Shown in pieces: positions 35,274 to 49,200 of a stretch of 64,000 nucleotides of DNA (the first letter of the stretch is position 1; every line of letters starts with the position of its first letter). Below the pieces are notes generated by a model. That model was not told the DNA's origin. It ran no database searches and saw only the letters and a list, made by a program, of their open reading frames with translations. The DNA is from a virus, in IMG/VR virus record IMGVR_UViG_3300033067_000713, positions 1 through 64,000 of that record; one strand, written 5' to 3'. Made by a program: the position numbers and the translations under genes.

Positions 35274-38200
35274 TTATTTTATTGCACAGAATATTGGATC
35301 ATTTTCATCCATTTCATCATCTTTTTTAAATGATTTATCAATAGGTGAATTTAATATCTGTATTGGTTTTGGATCTGTTTTCTTTAAACTATCTACAAAA
35401 GTTTTTACATTAGCAGGTAACATAGTAATATTTTCACTAAATATACTTGCTTTTTCATTACCATATTCTCTAACATAACCTAATTTTGTTTTTGAACCTA
35501 ATGGACTTATTACTTTATACAATAATGTTTTAATAGGTTTACCTTCAGAATCTAAAGTATTAATATAACCTTGTAATTCATACATTGTACTTTTTTTAGT
35601 ATCATTCATTTCATCTACAATAGTTCTTTTTATATATTTTTTATATTCTTTTTCATCTTCATTATTAGTACCTATTTCTAAATTATTAGCATTAAATACA
35701 GGTATAGTTAAATAAAATTGTCTTGGAACTATATCACCTAAAGGTGATATAAATTCTGTTACAATTTTATCAGATATAGTAGGAACTATTCTATCATCTT
35801 TATGTAAATGCCTCATAACTTGTCTTTGCAAATGTAATAAATTAGTATGAGATTCATTTAAAGATTGTAATTTTTCATTCATAAAATCATTTAAACCTTT
35901 TTTAACTAACCAATTAGTTGGTATATGTTCAAAGAATGCTCCAAAATTATTAGATAATCCTGATGCATAAAATGAATATTTAATTAAATCTTCAGCTAAT
36001 TTTTCATCTTTATTTAATAAATCTTCCCAATACAAATATAATGTATTTTTTGCATCTTTATTTAAATTTTTACTATTTAAACCTATTGTAGAAGGTTTAC
36101 CATTCATATAAGGATTAACATCAACAAGTAAAGATTTTAAAAATAAATTATCTGGATATGTAATTTGAGCATCTGATACTCTTTGTGCTAGATTTTTCTG
36201 AGATTTTAAATACTGTAATTTCTTTAAATAAGGACTCATAACACTCATTCTCTCAACATCTGTTAATATTCTACCTTCATTCTCTAATAGTGCCTTATTT
36301 TGGTTATTAACCTCTATAGCCATTTGCTGATTAGTTCTTTGTATTAACTCATTAGGACCAATTACATTTAATTGTAATTCTTCTATAGTATCAAATGATA
36401 GTATCTTAGATTCTTCTATAAAAGAAGCAAATAATTCTTGTTCTATTAAAGTTATAATCTCAGCATGTTTTTTACTTTTTAATTCAGAATAACCTGCATA
36501 ATTAGCAATAGTATATGCTGCATGTTTAAATGAATCACTACTTGTAATAAATTGTTCTTTAGAAATCTTTTTAAAGAATTGTACTGAGTTTTTATGAAAT
36601 GTTCCTATATATTTAGTATCATCAATTTTTATCTCACCATTTTCTTCTTTAGAATAACCTAATACTTTTTCTAAACCTGTAAATGTATTATTATTAATAA
36701 CAGCATGAAACAAATTATCTCTCATAGTAGCAGTAATATCATTTTTAGTTGCTCCATCAGTATCAGCACTCATAATAGTCATTAAATCAGATAATTTCCA
36801 GGAAACATCTTGAAATTCAAAAAATTGCTTTAATACTTTTAATTGCATTGCAGGATTAGGATTATCTAATTGTCTTTTTAAATCTTCAAAAGTAGTTTTA
36901 ATATCACCTTCTTTATTTTTTAAATTATCTTTAGTTAAATCAGATTTAAAATCAGCACCTGTTAATTGAGAACCATATTTTTTTAATATAACATCTAAAG
37001 CTTTATTAGTTTCACCTTTTTCATCTCTAGATATTTCAGATATTCTACTTTCTGATATATTCATTTGTTTAACTAGATCAACCATAATAGGTTGTACCAT
37101 AAAAGCAGAAATCCAATTTCTACTAACACCTGCTCTAGCTAACATAAATGCAATACCACCAGTAAATAAATTAATATTACCTTTTACAATATATGGATCT
37201 TTAACACCATCCACAATAGCATTCATATAACCTGTTAATGTTTCTTCAACACTATTACCATCTTCATCTATATCTGTAGATACTAATGATTCTTTTCTAC
37301 TAGTAGTTATAGTTCTTTTATTAGATTGTTGTGTAGATTGTCCTACGGCTGTTTTTTGACTTTCTGTATTATTAAATGTTTTTTTATAAACATCTTTAAT
37401 AGCTTGTTTACCAGATTCATTTATTTTTCTAGTACCAATACCAGCATATTTAGGTGTTAATACAGGTATTGAAGCACTTTGTTCAAAACCATAAAAATTA
37501 CCATCTTCAGTATATTTAGCTTCATACCATCTTTTATCTTCTTGATTAAAAATATGAACAGGTTTATTCATATATGTAGCCATCATTGTAGCATAAGCAG
37601 TACCACCTTTAGGTAAATTATTATTATCAAAACCTTCTACAATAGCAAATATAGAATCAGCGGCTTTTGCTTGTAAATAATTTCTTCTCACAAGTTTAGC
37701 TCCGTAAGCTTTTTTAGGATCAGAATCAGTTAAACTTAATTCTTTTCTATTTAATTCTTTTACAACTTTTTTATAAGCATTTTCTACTTCTTCTTTTTGA
37801 ATATCTGATAATTTATCATAAGTATTAGCAACAAAATTAACTTGTTTACCTATTCCATATTCCTTACCTATAGTTTCCCATTCAGTATCAGAACCTTCAG
37901 CAGCTCCTGAATAATTAGTAAATTCTTTAGGATTATTTGTAGTAGTTTTATTATCTTGTTTAGATTCTTCTTGTTTTGGTAAAATTTTTAATTCTTGTGA
38001 TTCTGGATTTTTTTCAGAAACCATTACTAATTTATTCTTAGGTCTAGAAACAGCCACATATAATGATTGATTTTTAGATTTAATAGAACCACCATTAGAA
38101 GGTCCTAAAATATTATCTTCCATTACATATACATTATTATATGTAGAACCTTGAGCTTTATGTGAAGTTATAGCATAACCATATTCTAAATCAGCAAATT

Positions 38201-40298
38201 GTTTAGATAAAGCAAGAGCTAATTGTGTATCAGATTTCCATAATTTAGCAAGATCTTCTCTATATTTTTCCTTACTTTCAGCAGCAATTACAGGGATTTC
38301 ATGTTCTATAATTTCTCCTTCATCATTTTTTAATGTTAAAATTTTAACATTATATGAATAATTAAATGTTCTATTACCTTTAACTTTAGAATAAACTGAT
38401 ACAAAATCATTAACAGTTGAAGATCTTATACTATCTATTATAAAATCTTCTGAATTTTCTAAAAGAATTTTATCTACTTCTCTTCCTTCATCTATACTAA
38501 AACGTGAATAAGCAGTAAGTAATTCTCCTGGTAAAAATTGTTCTTTAGATCTTTCACCATATAATTTTTCTCTTACTTGTTCATTTAAATTTTTAACACT
38601 TTGTAAATTATTATGATTTTGATTATTAAAAGTAACAATTTTAACATTATTTACATCAGTAGGATTATTTTTAAAATCTGATACAAAATTATCTAATGCT
38701 TTATCTAAATTTTTCTCCCATATAATAGAAGAACCACTTGTTTCATCATATATATCTTGTCTATCAGTATTATCAATAATATTTAATTTTCTATTTTCAT
38801 CAGATGTTTCTACATTTGCTGCTACTTTAGTTCCTATATTTATAATAGGAGAAGTTTTAGCTTGACGCATTTTTTCTGTAAGTTCATAATAATCAACAGT
38901 ATCAAATACTTTACTATCAGTTTCTTGTCCTACAGGAGGTAATTGTGCTTTATCTCCCATATATATAATCTTAGCATCAGCTCTCATGAATTTTTTTATT
39001 TCTGCTAATAATTTATCAGAAACCATAGAACCTTCATCTAAAACTATATATTTATATTTTGTAATAGGAATATTACCTTTTTTTCTAGCATATTCATCAG
39101 GTTCAAAAAATCCTGTATTTTCATTTAATTTAATAGCTAAAGCAGATTCTAACGTAGAAGTATTATATTTTTTTGTGTCTGTATTAATAGATTTCCTTAG
39201 TACTTTTTTAGCTTTATGAGAAGGGGCTAATCCCAATACGTCATTTTTAGGTAAATTTTCTAAAATTTTCTTTATAATAGTTGTTTTACCTGTTCCACCT
39301 TTACCCATTAATAAAAATTCAGATTTAGGTGAATTTATAAAATTGGTTAATTTATCTATAGCTATTTTTTGTCCTTCATTAGCAAATACTCCAGGAAATA
39401 ATTCATATTTAGAAGTCTGTATTTCTGAAGGTTTTTCCATAATAGGATTTTCAACAACAGTTATTTCTTCTTCAATAGTCTTAAACATACCTAATCCTAA
39501 ATAAGTATTAGTATAAGTTATACCATCATGTTTAATAGCATTATGATTAGTCATATTTTTAGCAATAGGACCAACTAATGTTTTAGTATTATCAAATTCT
39601 GCTTTATTAAATGTTTGAGTAACACCAGTCCAAAAATTTAAATCTTGAACTGTTTTATTTATTTTAATTAAAGGTTCAATATTTTTATCTTTATTTCCTA
39701 ATATTAATGTTTTTGCCCAATCAGTATCTAATGGTTTCATTAATTGTGGATACTTCTTAGGATTAGATAACATTAAATTAGATAATCTTAATCTTTCATT
39801 TTGTAAACCTTTTTTACTATCATCTTTAATAGTTGAAAATCTTCCAGTTTCTTTATCATATATAAAATTAGGTAACATAACATAAGCTTTATCAATATCA
39901 AAATCACTACCTGTTTTAGTAGTAATTTCTTTAAAAGCTATAATAGTATCACCTGCATTTTCAGGTAATATACCTACAATCTCAAAAGCATCATTAGATG
40001 CTGCTGCTTGGTTAGGAATACGATAAGCTAAACCTTCTAATACATCAGGATCAATCATATCTTTTAATTGTTGATGTGTTAATTTAGTATGATCTATACC
40101 TGCTTCTTTCAATGCTTTTACAATAGTATAAGGCATTAATATTTGAGCTTTTTTAAATTCAATAGGTACTAATTTAGAAATATCTTCTGGAATAGTTCCA
40201 TTAAGTTTATTCCATAAATAATTAGCCTTATCTTCTCCAAATTTAGCTTTTAACTTTTTATACTCTTCAGATGTTATATTTGCACAATTAATACTCAT
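35274..40298 (-). CDS. giant multidomain protein (1674 aa) with an embedded RecD-like SF1 helicase domain
   Basis: Walker A LLMGKGGTGKTT (plus-strand coords about 39283-39309), Walker B YIVLDEGSMV, and the UvrD_C/RecD motif AITSHKAQGSTYNNVYV (about 38148-38180). Large N- and C-terminal extensions. Confidence 0.65.
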   Translation of the reverse strand: MSINCANITSEEYKKLKAKFGEDKANYLWNKLNGTIPEDISKLVPIEFKKAQILMPYTIVKALKEAGIDHTKLTHQQLKDMIDPDVLEGLAYRIPNQAAASNDAFEIVGILPENAGDTIIAFKEITTKTGSDFDIDKAYVMLPNFIYDKETGRFSTIKDDSKKGLQNERLRLSNLMLSNPKKYPQLMKPLDTDWAKTLILGNKDKNIEPLIKINKTVQDLNFWTGVTQTFNKAEFDNTKTLVGPIAKNMTNHNAIKHDGITYTNTYLGLGMFKTIEEEITVVENPIMEKPSEIQTSKYELFPGVFANEGQKIAIDKLTNFINSPKSEFLLMGKGGTGKTTIIKKILENLPKNDVLGLAPSHKAKKVLRKSINTDTKKYNTSTLESALAIKLNENTGFFEPDEYARKKGNIPITKYKYIVLDEGSMVSDKLLAEIKKFMRADAKIIYMGDKAQLPPVGQETDSKVFDTVDYYELTEKMRQAKTSPIINIGTKVAANVETSDENRKLNIIDNTDRQDIYDETSGSSIIWEKNLDKALDNFVSDFKNNPTDVNNVKIVTFNNQNHNNLQSVKNLNEQVREKLYGERSKEQFLPGELLTAYSRFSIDEGREVDKILLENSEDFIIDSIRSSTVNDFVSVYSKVKGNRTFNYSYNVKILTLKNDEGEIIEHEIPVIAAESKEKYREDLAKLWKSDTQLALALSKQFADLEYGYAITSHKAQGSTYNNVYVMEDNILGPSNGGSIKSKNQSLYVAVSRPKNKLVMVSEKNPESQELKILPKQEESKQDNKTTTNNPKEFTNYSGAAEGSDTEWETIGKEYGIGKQVNFVANTYDKLSDIQKEEVENAYKKVVKELNRKELSLTDSDPKKAYGAKLVRRNYLQAKAADSIFAIVEGFDNNNLPKGGTAYATMMATYMNKPVHIFNQEDKRWYEAKYTEDGNFYGFEQSASIPVLTPKYAGIGTRKINESGKQAIKDVYKKTFNNTESQKTAVGQSTQQSNKRTITTSRKESLVSTDIDEDGNSVEETLTGYMNAIVDGVKDPYIVKGNINLFTGGIAFMLARAGVSRNWISAFMVQPIMVDLVKQMNISESRISEISRDEKGETNKALDVILKKYGSQLTGADFKSDLTKDNLKNKEGDIKTTFEDLKRQLDNPNPAMQLKVLKQFFEFQDVSWKLSDLMTIMSADTDGATKNDITATMRDNLFHAVINNNTFTGLEKVLGYSKEENGEIKIDDTKYIGTFHKNSVQFFKKISKEQFITSSDSFKHAAYTIANYAGYSELKSKKHAEIITLIEQELFASFIEESKILSFDTIEELQLNVIGPNELIQRTNQQMAIEVNNQNKALLENEGRILTDVERMSVMSPYLKKLQYLKSQKNLAQRVSDAQITYPDNLFLKSLLVDVNPYMNGKPSTIGLNSKNLNKDAKNTLYLYWEDLLNKDEKLAEDLIKYSFYASGLSNNFGAFFEHIPTNWLVKKGLNDFMNEKLQSLNESHTNLLHLQRQVMRHLHKDDRIVPTISDKIVTEFISPLGDIVPRQFYLTIPVFNANNLEIGTNNEDEKEYKKYIKRTIVDEMNDTKKSTMYELQGYINTLDSEGKPIKTLLYKVISPLGSKTKLGYVREYGNEKASIFSENITMLPANVKTFVDSLKKTDPKPIQILNSPIDKSFKKDDEMDENDPIFCAIK

Positions 40299-40299
40299 A

Positions 40300-43200
40300 T
40301 TATTTACAATGTACTTTAATTAATAATCCAAGATTATCTGTAGTAGGTTCTAATTCTTTAATATTTTTACCTTTTAATAAATCTTGTTGTTCTTTTGTTA
40401 ACTCACCTTCCGTAAGATCTTTTTGTAATTCTACAAAGATACTATTTTCTTCTGAATTTAAAGCAGTATTTTCAACTAATCTTGCAGGATTTAACTCTTC
40501 ACTAGGTTTTTTAAACCAAATAATTCCATTTTCAACAATTTTATCTGTTAATTTAACTGTAGTATTTTCCATACCAAAGTTAGATGTATAAATCATAGAA
40601 CCACCTGGTTGTTTTTGTTTAACAGATGCTCTTGTAATCATAGCACCTAATTTATTTTGAAACTTATTTTTAAATTGAAATAAAGTATTGATATTCAAAT
40701 TATTAATTAAACCATTAGTAATATTATCAGAAGCTACATCTTTAATAGCTTTAGCCATTTCTTTATTAAATTTAGGTTTATCAGTTATTCTATCTTCTGT
40801 TTCATTATAACCTATTTTATCTTGAAATTCTATTAATCCTAAATCTGATAATTTACCTATAGTTTGATTATATTTACCATATAATTCAATACCACTCATA
40901 CCTTCATAATCATCAGTTAATACTAACATAGATAATACATTTTTAACCATTTGAGAACCTATTAAAGTATCTTTAAGACCTTTATGAGGTAAATCTTGTT
41001 GTAAAAATAAAAACTTATTAGATAATATTGTAGGATGTAATTTTATTTGATCAGTAGGTAATAATTCATTAGTTTCTTTATTTATAATTTGAGCTACACC
41101 TCTAGCACCTGTTTTCTTACCATCTAATGTAATAATATGATCAATTTTTTGATTTATCATAGCATCTAAAATATTTTGCATTTTAGTACCTTTTACTATA
41201 TTAGGTAATAATACAGCTTCTGATTGTTTATTGTATTGTATAGTAGCTACACCGTTTAAAATAACTATTTCAGAATGTACAGTTTTTAAAGGTTGTGCAA
41301 ATAATAAATTATCTTCAAATGTATCATCACCTGCTTTAATTCTTTTAAAAACTTCTTCAAGATCAGCATTCCATTTACCAAAACCTAACATTCTTTCTCT
41401 GTATAAATCAATAGTAATCCAAGCTTGAGCATCTGTTTGGTTTACTTTACCATAAGCTCCTAATTTATTTTCTCTCCATTCATTACCTAAAAATATATCT
41501 TTAATTTCATCTTCAGATATTTCAGTAGCTAAACTAATAGCTTTAATATTCTTAGGATCAGTAAAATAAGCAGAAGGTGTTTCTATATTTTGTATTACAG
41601 CAGAATTATAAGATTCTTTTACTTTATATTCACCTTCATCAAATATTCTTTGTAATTTACCTGATGCAGTAATTAAAGGAATACGTTTTTTGAAATCTTC
41701 AAATATATCTCCTTTATTCTTAAATAATGCAGGATCTTGAGTAAACAATTTAGTAAACTCAACATTAGCTATAATAGAATTTAAAGTATAATCACCTACA
41801 GCATGAATAACATTACCTTGATATTTAGTTGATAATATTTCACTATCAAGAGTTATATTATTAAATTGACCATTATTATAATTAATAATCTTATATTCAT
41901 TTAATACTTTAACATCATTTTGAACAGCTTTAATAAATTGTTCTTTAATATATTTTTGTATTTCAATAACTTGCTCAGGTTTTAAAGTTTCAATAGCATT
42001 TACAGCAAGTATAGTTTTACCATCAACTTTACTACGATTAATAATACCCATAACTTCTAAATCCATATTAGGAAATAGATATGAAGTTTTCCAATTACCA
42101 TCATTATCACCTGGTGTTTTAGCATAATGATAATAGATAATTTTATCTTCATCTTTTAATCTTTGATTTGTTTCTTTATTATATAATTGATTATGAGCTA
42201 CTACCATTCTAGCTACCTCATCTCTAAAATATTTATAAAGAATATTTACAGCATTATTACCAGATGTATCTACTTGACCATCTTTAAATAATACTTGTGA
42301 ATTTTCAGTATCAAATCCTTCAATATAAAATTGTTGAGATTTATCAGCTTCAGCTAAACCTACATAAATACCTTTTAAATATTTATTAATATTATCATTT
42401 AATTGATCAGGTTCTTTTAAATCTTTAGCTTTATTACCAGCATCATTTTTCTTTTCTATTTTATAATTATTATAATTTACTAATCTAACTTTATCTCTTG
42501 TTTCAGATTTAGTTAATAAATCATTAATCCACTTAGAAGATCTGTTAAACGGTAATTTAGATAATTTTTCTAATAAACTTAAATCACCTAATTTAACTTG
42601 ATTTAATATAATAGACATTAAAGAGTGGTCTTGAGAAATCCATTTAGTAGTACCATCAGGACCAGGAATAGTATTCTCTCCTTGTATTTCTACAAATTCT
42701 GCTTCTGCTTCTGCTAATATTTCTTTAAAGAATTTTTGATCCAATATATGATTATTTTCTTCAGTTAATTCACCTGATTTAGCTTTAGAATTTTTAGTAG
42801 CTATTAAACTATTATAATTAGCAGAAGATACTAAAGCTTTATTTAAATGTATAAATAAATTATCATATGCTTTTAATGTATTTTCATTTTCATTATCTGT
42901 TTTCTTTATTTTATCTTTTTCATCATTAATAACTTTTGTAAGAGCTTGTTCTGATAAATTAATACCTAATAAATTTAATTCTTCTTTAAATAAATTAATA
43001 GTATTAGCACTAACTTTTTTATTTCTTTTATCATTTAACAAACTCATGTTAAATTCATTATGTATAGCTGTTAATTTTTGTAAAGACTCTGGATTATGAA
43101 CTAATTTACCATCTGAAGACATTATACCAAAATTCTCAACAAATTTATTAGACCAAACTTTTGCAAAATTACTTGCAGCATTTAATACATCTGCATTAGC

Positions 43201-46200
43201 ATGTTTGTAAGTAAAATTACCAGATGTTCCAGATATTAAAGTATCTACATAAATACCATTATATCTTGAGAAAGCAACTGCAAATTCACTTTTTGTAAAT
43301 GTATCTGCTGTTGATAATTTATTTTTAAGATAAGCTAAACTAGTATGATATTTACCCATAGTAGTTAATTTTTCCATTATTAAATCAAATGTAGAAATCT
43401 CTATACCATTTCTATTAATAGGAACAGTTCCTGTTAAATGTTTTTCTAATCTATTCCATACAGAATTAAAGTTTTCAAATTTAGGTAATCCTAAATAAGT
43501 ATTTAAATCAGGTTTTCTGTTTTTAAAATCATTAATATCATAAGTTTTAAATTTTGGAATTAAAGCAATCATTAATTTAACCTTCTGTGTAGCACCATCT
43601 TTACCAGATATTTCATAAGAGGGTTTATAAATAACATTACCATCAGAATCTTCACCTTGACTTTCTATATCTTGACTTAAACCTAAAGATTCAATATAAT
43701 TTGTAGTTAAATAATAAAAATCTGTTAAATTATCATATACTTTTTTAGCTCTATGGCTTAATTCAGTATTACCTAATTTATGATTTCTAGCCATAGTTTT
43801 TAATAGCTCATCTTTTATAGCTTTAATTTCTAATTTTTTACCTATTTCTCTTGCTTCTTTTTTATTAGTAGCTTTTACTTCAGGATATTTACTAGTTAAG
43901 ATTATAAAAGATAATTGTCTTACAATATCTGGTACATCTTGAGGATCAAAACCTTCACCAGTTTTTTTCATTTTGTATAAACCACCTTCTATAGTTTTAT
44001 AAGCTACACCTCTTGATAATCTTACTGGTTTATTTTTATATTTACCTGTAGATATATCATTAAATAATTTTCTTCTAGTAATATTATTTAAGAAAACATT
44101 ATTTAACCAATCTAATAATCTTTGAAATAATCCTTGAATACCTTTAGAATAACTAAATTTATTAGGTTCTTTCATAAAGTCCATAAAATCATCAGCCATT
44201 TGCTCTTCATAAAAGATTTCAATAGCATCTTGTCTTTGTACTTGATGTTCTACCATTAAATTCTTAATATCTTCTTCAGTATATTTTACATAAGCTTTAG
44301 AAGCTTCTTTATATAAAGATTTTTGTTCATCATAAGATAACATAGTTCTATATACAGCATGAAATGCCTCATGATAAGCTGTACCTTCAAAAGATTTCTT
44401 AGAAAGATAAATCATATTATCTTTAAATAAACCAATAGCTAATCTACCATTCTTTAATACTTTAACATAATCATCAGATAATTTAATAGCAATAGCTTTA
44501 GGTAACAAACTTCTTATATGAGTTACTTCTCTATTAAATGTATCATAATTAGGAGTATGTTCTTGATAACTTTTTACATCTGTTGTTTTAAAACTTTCAA
44601 ATATACTACCACCTTCTTCTTCATTTAATTTTTCTCCTTGTTTTATAAGTTCTTCTAAATCTGATTCTTCTTTAGGATCTTCTGTAGCTTTACTAGCTTC
44701 TTCAGGAGTAATAGGTTTTTCACTAGGAAGAGTTTCATTAAAAGTAAAATCAATAAATGAACCACCTTCTTCTTCATAATCTTCTGTTTCTGTAACAATA
44801 GGATTCTCTATAGATTCTCTTTCTTGTTTAAAAGCATCCATTATTACAGGTCCAGTTATTTTAGGTTCAGATAAAGCTTCAGGTTGTTTTTCAACTTTAG
44901 TTTCTATCTTTTCAGGAGTGTTAAATACTTGATCTATTAAATCATTATATTTTTTAATTATATCATCTTCTGAAAGTTCATTTAATTCGTTAAAATCTTT
45001 TTTAAAACTTCTAGCTCTTCTATCATTTAATTCTTTTTCTTTTTCTTTATTTAAATCAGCTATTTTTTGAACATTAGATCTTGTATCAACTACAGGTGTA
45101 ATTGTAACTATAGGTTTTACTGTTTTTTGATTTTCTAATTCTTTTAAAGCTAAATCTTTCTTTTTACTTGCTTCTGATAATAATTTATTTTTTTGATTAC
45201 TATTTAAATATTTAGTATAACTAACTACATGATCATATTCATCATTGATTTCTTCATTACTTTTAAATTCTGTTATAGGTTCATTTTTTATATCTTCAAG
45301 CATTTGCTTATAAGATGCAGCATGTCTATCAATAGTTTCATCAGAAACAGCAGCTCTTTTAGTAATTACTTTAAATTCTACCGCATTAGCACTATTAGTA
45401 TGTTTTTTTAATTTTTCTAAACCTTCTTCTGTCCAACCTTCTTTATACCAAGTAGCATCATCATAACCTTTAACTATTTTTGTAATTTTTACTATTACAT
45501 TTTTAGTATTCCCAAATTGGTCTTTTCCAAACATTTTTATATAAGACCCTACTTTAATATTATATTTTTCAAGTTCTTTATCTGTTCTTGTTGTACGAGT
45601 TCTAATACCTTTTTCTATAAGTTCAATAGAAGTAACATTTTTACCTAATACTTTTTGAGCTTCTTTATTTGCGTATTGTAAAGTACCATATTGTTCAACA
45701 CCACTCTGTAAATTTTGTGGAATGTTAGTGGTGGATGGTCTTGCATTAGCTTCTTCTACTGCTTTATTATATTCTTCTAATTGAGCTTTAATTCTTTGTT
45801 TAGCTAATTCAGGGTTTAATTCCATTAGCTTATATTGAATATTAGCAGTAGGTATTGCTTTTTTAATAGCTTCTATAAAAGGTAATCTTTTATCTTTAGT
45901 AAGATTAGTAGTATCAAATACAACTTGCTTACCTTGTTTAATAGCTTGTATAGCTCTATTTGCAGCTTCAATATAAATTTCTTTATCCTTAGATTTATTA
46001 TTTATATCACCTGTAAATTCAACTCTCATTGCATCAGGTTCAATTACTACTAAATTTTCTTGAGGTAAAGATTTTATAAATGTAGATTTACCGCTTCCAC
46101 TTGTTCCAATAGGAAGTATAACTTTTGGTTCAGTTAATTCTTCTTGTCTTCTTTTTTCTATATCAGTTTTTTTAGCTTCTAAATCATTAGATGTTGTAGT

Positions 46201-49200
46201 AGTTTTTGTTACATTTTCTTCTTTTTTTGTAACAACTGTTGGTTTACTAATATTAAAATTATTATTATAAGTTAATAAAGGTTGAACAAATAATCTTTTA
46301 TTATCAGTAGGTACAGCATTAGTAGTTAATATACCATTTGTAACAACATATTTTTTAAAATTCTCATTACTTAAATATTTAACAGAAATTTGTCTTCTTC
46401 TATTTTCAGTTAAAAACTTTACAACTTTAGTTCTAGATTCTTCAGTATCTATTACACCACCTAAAATAGTTACATCACCAATAACTAAATCATTACTAAT
46501 AGTATGAAATAATTTATTATCTTTAGCATGTTGTGTTTTAGTTTTACCATTAAATACTAAATGATCTAATAATTCTTGATTAGTAATATTACTTAAATCA
46601 AGATAAGTATTCATATCTTTTATTCTAGTATCTTGATTATTATTAATAAAATCAATTAATTTTTGACTTATACTTTGTTTATAAGTTCCAGGATTTTTTA
46701 ATATATCTACATATATAGCATGAATTAAATTAGCTTCTGGTACTGATAAATTTTCTACATTAGCTCTTAAACCAAATGTATTATTATTAGCAGTTCTAAC
46801 AGTTAAATAAACAGCTCCATCAGTAGTTTTATTACCAATAGAATCATCTACTTGTTTAGTACTAGGATCTATTCTTCTACCATTACTACCTATTGTAAAT
46901 ACTACATCTTTTATATCAGGAAATATTTCTGTTATAGGTCTTTTATCAAATTTATTAGTTTCTTTATTTTTAGAAGTTCTTAAATGACCATTATTTTTTT
47001 CATTTAATGTTGTAGAAACTACATTTCCTTTTAATAAATTTTCTACAATAATAGTTTTTTGTTTTATTATTTCTTCTCTTAATAAAGGATCTGAAAATTT
47101 AGTATAATCACTTCTATGAATATAAGTTTCCATTATATGATTATTATATCTTACAATTTTACCATCTTTATAAAAAGTAGCTTTAATAGGAACTAATCCT
47201 ATATTTTCAGGAATTTTATTATTTCTAATAGCGTTAGCCATTTCTCCTATTGAAACATTACCTTTATAATTTTTAGTAAAAGCTTCATTATTATAATCTA
47301 TAGAAAATCTTATTTCTAATCCTTTTAAATTTATTAAAGGATTTTCTACAAAATTAGCAAATGCTTTATTTTGTTCTGTAAAATCTTTTTTTTCTGCTTG
47401 AGTATTATTAAAAGATTTCCAAGCAAGTGCTGATGCAGTACTTAATAAAATAGTTTGATTACTATCTGTAAATACACTATTTTCCATATTAGCTGAAGGA
47501 CCTTCAATTATTTCTTCTTCAGAATTAACAGGAGTTTCTACTTCTTCTATATTAGAAGCAAATGTAATAGTTTCTTTACCTTTAGTTTTATCTTCTTTAG
47601 TTACATTATTATCTAAATCAATATCTATAAAAGATCCTCCTTCATTTTCTTCAGAATTATCTTCTGTAGTTGTTGTATTAGAAGTAGGTTTACCACTTTT
47701 ATAATCTTCCCAAATTTGTTTAGCTTTAGGATTTGACATTATTTGCTCTTCAGTTATTCTACCTTCAGCAATATATTTCTCAAAAGTAGGACCATCCATT
47801 TCAATTGTAGTATCTTCAGTAGCAGCAGCTTCATTAGCTAATTCTGCTTCTTCAGTTGTTGTTTGGTCTTGTTTTTTATTTTGAGTTTTCTTTATAGTTT
47901 CTTCTTTCTGTTTTCTTAATTGTTCTTGACCTGCTTTAGAAGTTAAGAAAGTTAATTCATCAGATAAATTTTTAATTCTTAAATCATAAGAATCATTTAT
48001 AATTTTAGCTTTTAAAACATTTTGACCAAATTTACTATCTAAATTAGCCATCACTAACTGATCAGCTTCATTTAAATTTTTATAAATTTCTTCTTTTTGT
48101 TTAAGAGATTCATTATTTAATTCAATAGCTTTATTTAATATTTCAACATTTTTTTCCTGAGTTTTTCTTTCCTCAGAAGTCATTTCTCCAGTTTTTAAAT
48201 AATGCTCTATAACTAATTTATTTTGATGTAATGAAGCTAATTTCATTGTTTCATCAATTAATTTTCTACCTTCAATAGTAGTTTCACTATATCTAGGTAA
48301 TTTAGTTACAGCTTCACCATATTCTTTTCTTATTCTAGGTAAGTCTTCATTTAATTTTTCTAAATGATATTCTCTATATGTAATAGATTCTGATATATCT
48401 GAACCATATCTATTAGTATTTTCAGTATACATTTCAGCAGCTTTAATAATATTCTTAGAATATCTATCTATATTTTTTACAAAATGATCATCAATACCAT
48501 TAGCTTCTCTTTCTTCTTTAGATAAGTTTTTTAGATTTTTAAATCTATCTAACATATAATCTAAAGTTTGGTTTTTTGCTGATGTTGTTCCTAATACCAA
48601 AGCCATATCATTTTCAGCATGAAGAATAGCTTCTGGACTACCAGATTCTTTAGCTTCACCTAAAGCTTTAGAAGCTTGTAATGCTCTTGTATGTTGTGAT
48701 TTTAAATCTTCTATTCTTATTTGTTGTTCTGTTAATCCTTTTTCAGCACCTGTTACTAATCTATTTACTCCACCAATAAGTTTATTACCAAATTTATGAA
48801 ATACAGCTCCACCTACTCCACCAAAGAAAGCAGAAGTCCATAATTCACCATCTTTAGAGTATTTAAGCATCTTATCTCCAAATGATTCTTCTTCTGTTAA
48901 TCCTGCTTTAATATCAGCTATATATTTACCTTCTTGTGTAATTATATGTTGATAAGCTTCTTCTCCACCTTCAAATAAAAATTGTTTAGCATAATCTTTA
49001 GCTAAATTAATTCTACCTACTTTTTTAGATAATCCAGCAGCTTCTGCTTCAACGCCACCAATAACTCCTTTAGTTAATGCTGGTCCAGTTTTTAATAATA
49101 ACATTTGTTGCATAAATTCTGTAGCAAAATTTGCCCAGTTTGCTCTATAAACAAATGCTCCAGTTTCTCCAGCTAATTTTTTAGCTTCAAGATCACTCAT

